IMG/VR virus record: IMGVR_UViG_2778261067_000006
Coordinates: 1 to 39,603 of that record
Direction: 5' to 3' (one strand)
From: a virus
Taxonomy: Duplodnaviria > Heunggongvirae > Uroviricota > Caudoviricetes
DNA length: 39,603 nucleotides
Part shown: in pieces, positions 38,446 through 39,603 of the stretch
Layout: every line of letters begins with the position of its first letter
How positions within the stretch are numbered: the first letter of the stretch is position 1
The notes under the pieces: generated by a model
What the model saw: only the letters and a program-made list of their open reading frames with translations
Told to the model about the DNA's origin: nothing
Database searches by the model: none
Program-made: the position numbers and the translations under genes

Positions 38446-39603
38446 TCACTCTACCTTCCCATCAATCCAGTCCGCCCACCACTGCATCATCTCCCTGCGC
38501 TTATCGAAATACTGCGCATGGTTGTAAATACCGCGCACAGATCCGCCGTTGGCATGTGCCAGTTGCACTTCAATAGCATCAGCAGGCCATTCGTGCTCGT
38601 TCATAATCGTGCTGAATTCATGCCTGAATCCGTGACCGCTTTCCAGCCCTTCATAGCCAATTTGTTTGATCACAAGCAATACCGCGTTCTCGCAGATTGG
38701 CTTCTTCTTATCGTTGCGCCCGGCAAAAACAAACTCTGAGACTGGTTTGGTGATTGAGCTTAGCGTAGTGAGAAGTTCAACCACCTTGTCTGACATCGGG
38801 ACCACATGAATTTTGCGTCCCTTCATCACACTGGCGTCGATGGTGATAATCCTGTTTTCAAAATCGACGTTCTTCCATAGCATGGAACGAAGCTCTTTTG
38901 TTCTTAGGGCTGTGTAGCGTAAAACTTTGGTCGCAATGAGCGATACGATACTTCCTGAAAATGTTGCCAGTGCTTTGTTGAATGCAGGGATCTGGTCTGC
39001 TGGAAGAAACGGGAAGTTCTTCTTGCGGTATCCCTTCATGGCGTCAGCAAGGTCAGGTGCTGGGTTATATTTAGCCCTTCCGGTGACAATAGCGTAACGG
39101 AAAACCTCGCCGCATCTTCTGCGTGCTTTGTTGGCTCGCTCCATTGCACCGCGATCTTCAAATCTGCGGATTACTTCCAGCAGTTGCATCGGCTCAATAT
39201 CCTGAATTTCAAGGCCGCCGATGATAGGTAAAATGTCGTCATCAAACATTTTTGCAAGTTCAGTTGCATAGCCTACTGACCAGACTTGCTTCTTGTGCTC
39301 GTACCATTCCTTGTAAATCGCACTAAAGGAATTGTTGTTAGACGAAGCCTTTTTCGCTTTTACCGGATCGATGCCAACCGAGATGTCTTTCCTCGCGGTC
39401 CATGCCTTATCCCTTGCCTCCTGCAAAGTCATAAGCGGATATTTTCCTACGGTCAGTATTTTTTCCTTACCGTCAATCTTGTAGCGAAGCTGCCATACCT
39501 TTTTCCCGGATACAGGGACATAAAGGTACAGGCCATTACCATCGAGAAGGCGATATGGTTTTTCTTTCGGCTTTGCTGCTTCAATCTGCTTAACGGTGAG
39601 CAT
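38446..39603 (-). CDS. int: Tyrosine integrase (P22/Sf6/CPS-53 IntS-like)
   Basis: 385 aa with catalytic-region motifs (…HGFRHEF…, …RGIYNHAQY); N-terminus MLTVKQIEAAKPKEKPYRLLDGNGLYLYV as in IntS-type integrases; start codon is the last base of the window. Confidence 0.9.
   Translation of the reverse strand: MLTVKQIEAAKPKEKPYRLLDGNGLYLYVPVSGKKVWQLRYKIDGKEKILTVGKYPLMTLQEARDKAWTARKDISVGIDPVKAKKASSNNNSFSAIYKEWYEHKKQVWSVGYATELAKMFDDDILPIIGGLEIQDIEPMQLLEVIRRFEDRGAMERANKARRRCGEVFRYAIVTGRAKYNPAPDLADAMKGYRKKNFPFLPADQIPAFNKALATFSGSIVSLIATKVLRYTALRTKELRSMLWKNVDFENRIITIDASVMKGRKIHVVPMSDKVVELLTTLSSITKPVSEFVFAGRNDKKKPICENAVLLVIKQIGYEGLESGHGFRHEFSTIMNEHEWPADAIEVQLAHANGGSVRGIYNHAQYFDKRREMMQWWADWIDGKVE

Overview
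Almost the whole window (about 1.7 kb to the end at 39,603) is one mosaic lambdoid prophage with a P22/Sf6-like virion module; the first 1.25 kb is a host MFS permease gene. Order, left to right: host LacY/HcaT-like permease; a 3'-terminal tRNA fragment (putative attR core); an AlpA-type excisionase-like gene; the leftward early operon (accessory genes, Gp157-like, RecT, cIII-like, a small membrane protein, N); the immunity region (PL/OL, a small membrane protein cotranscribed with cI, cI, OR/PR, cro, nutR, cII); replication (O-like initiator with internal iterons, DnaB-like helicase); a nin region (NinB, Dam-type methylase, NinE, NinF, antirepressor-like protein, YbcO-like, RusA, NinH); Q with a lambda-type PR'/tR'; a phage-21-type lysis cassette (holin, SAR endolysin, Rz/Rz1); a KilA-N gene and three small genes; then P22-like small and large terminase, portal, scaffold, coat, gp4, gp10, tail needle, gp14, three ejection proteins, a leftward lipoprotein gene and mnt, tailspike, an AT-rich acyltransferase-3 (Oac-like) gene, and a tyrosine integrase whose start codon is the last base of the window. 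The integrase reads out of the window, so the tRNA/attL is expected just beyond the right edge. The best candidates for undescribed biology are three small lysogen-side cargo genes in classical exclusion slots: the 3-TM protein directly downstream of cI, a membrane protein in the sieB position bracketed by terminators, and an outer-membrane-type lipoprotein in the sieA position next to an orphan mnt. All calls rest on reading the sequence and on remembered protein families; no searches or computations were run, and the element may be a close relative of an already sequenced phage (the architecture resembles Shigella phage Sf6 as I recall it).
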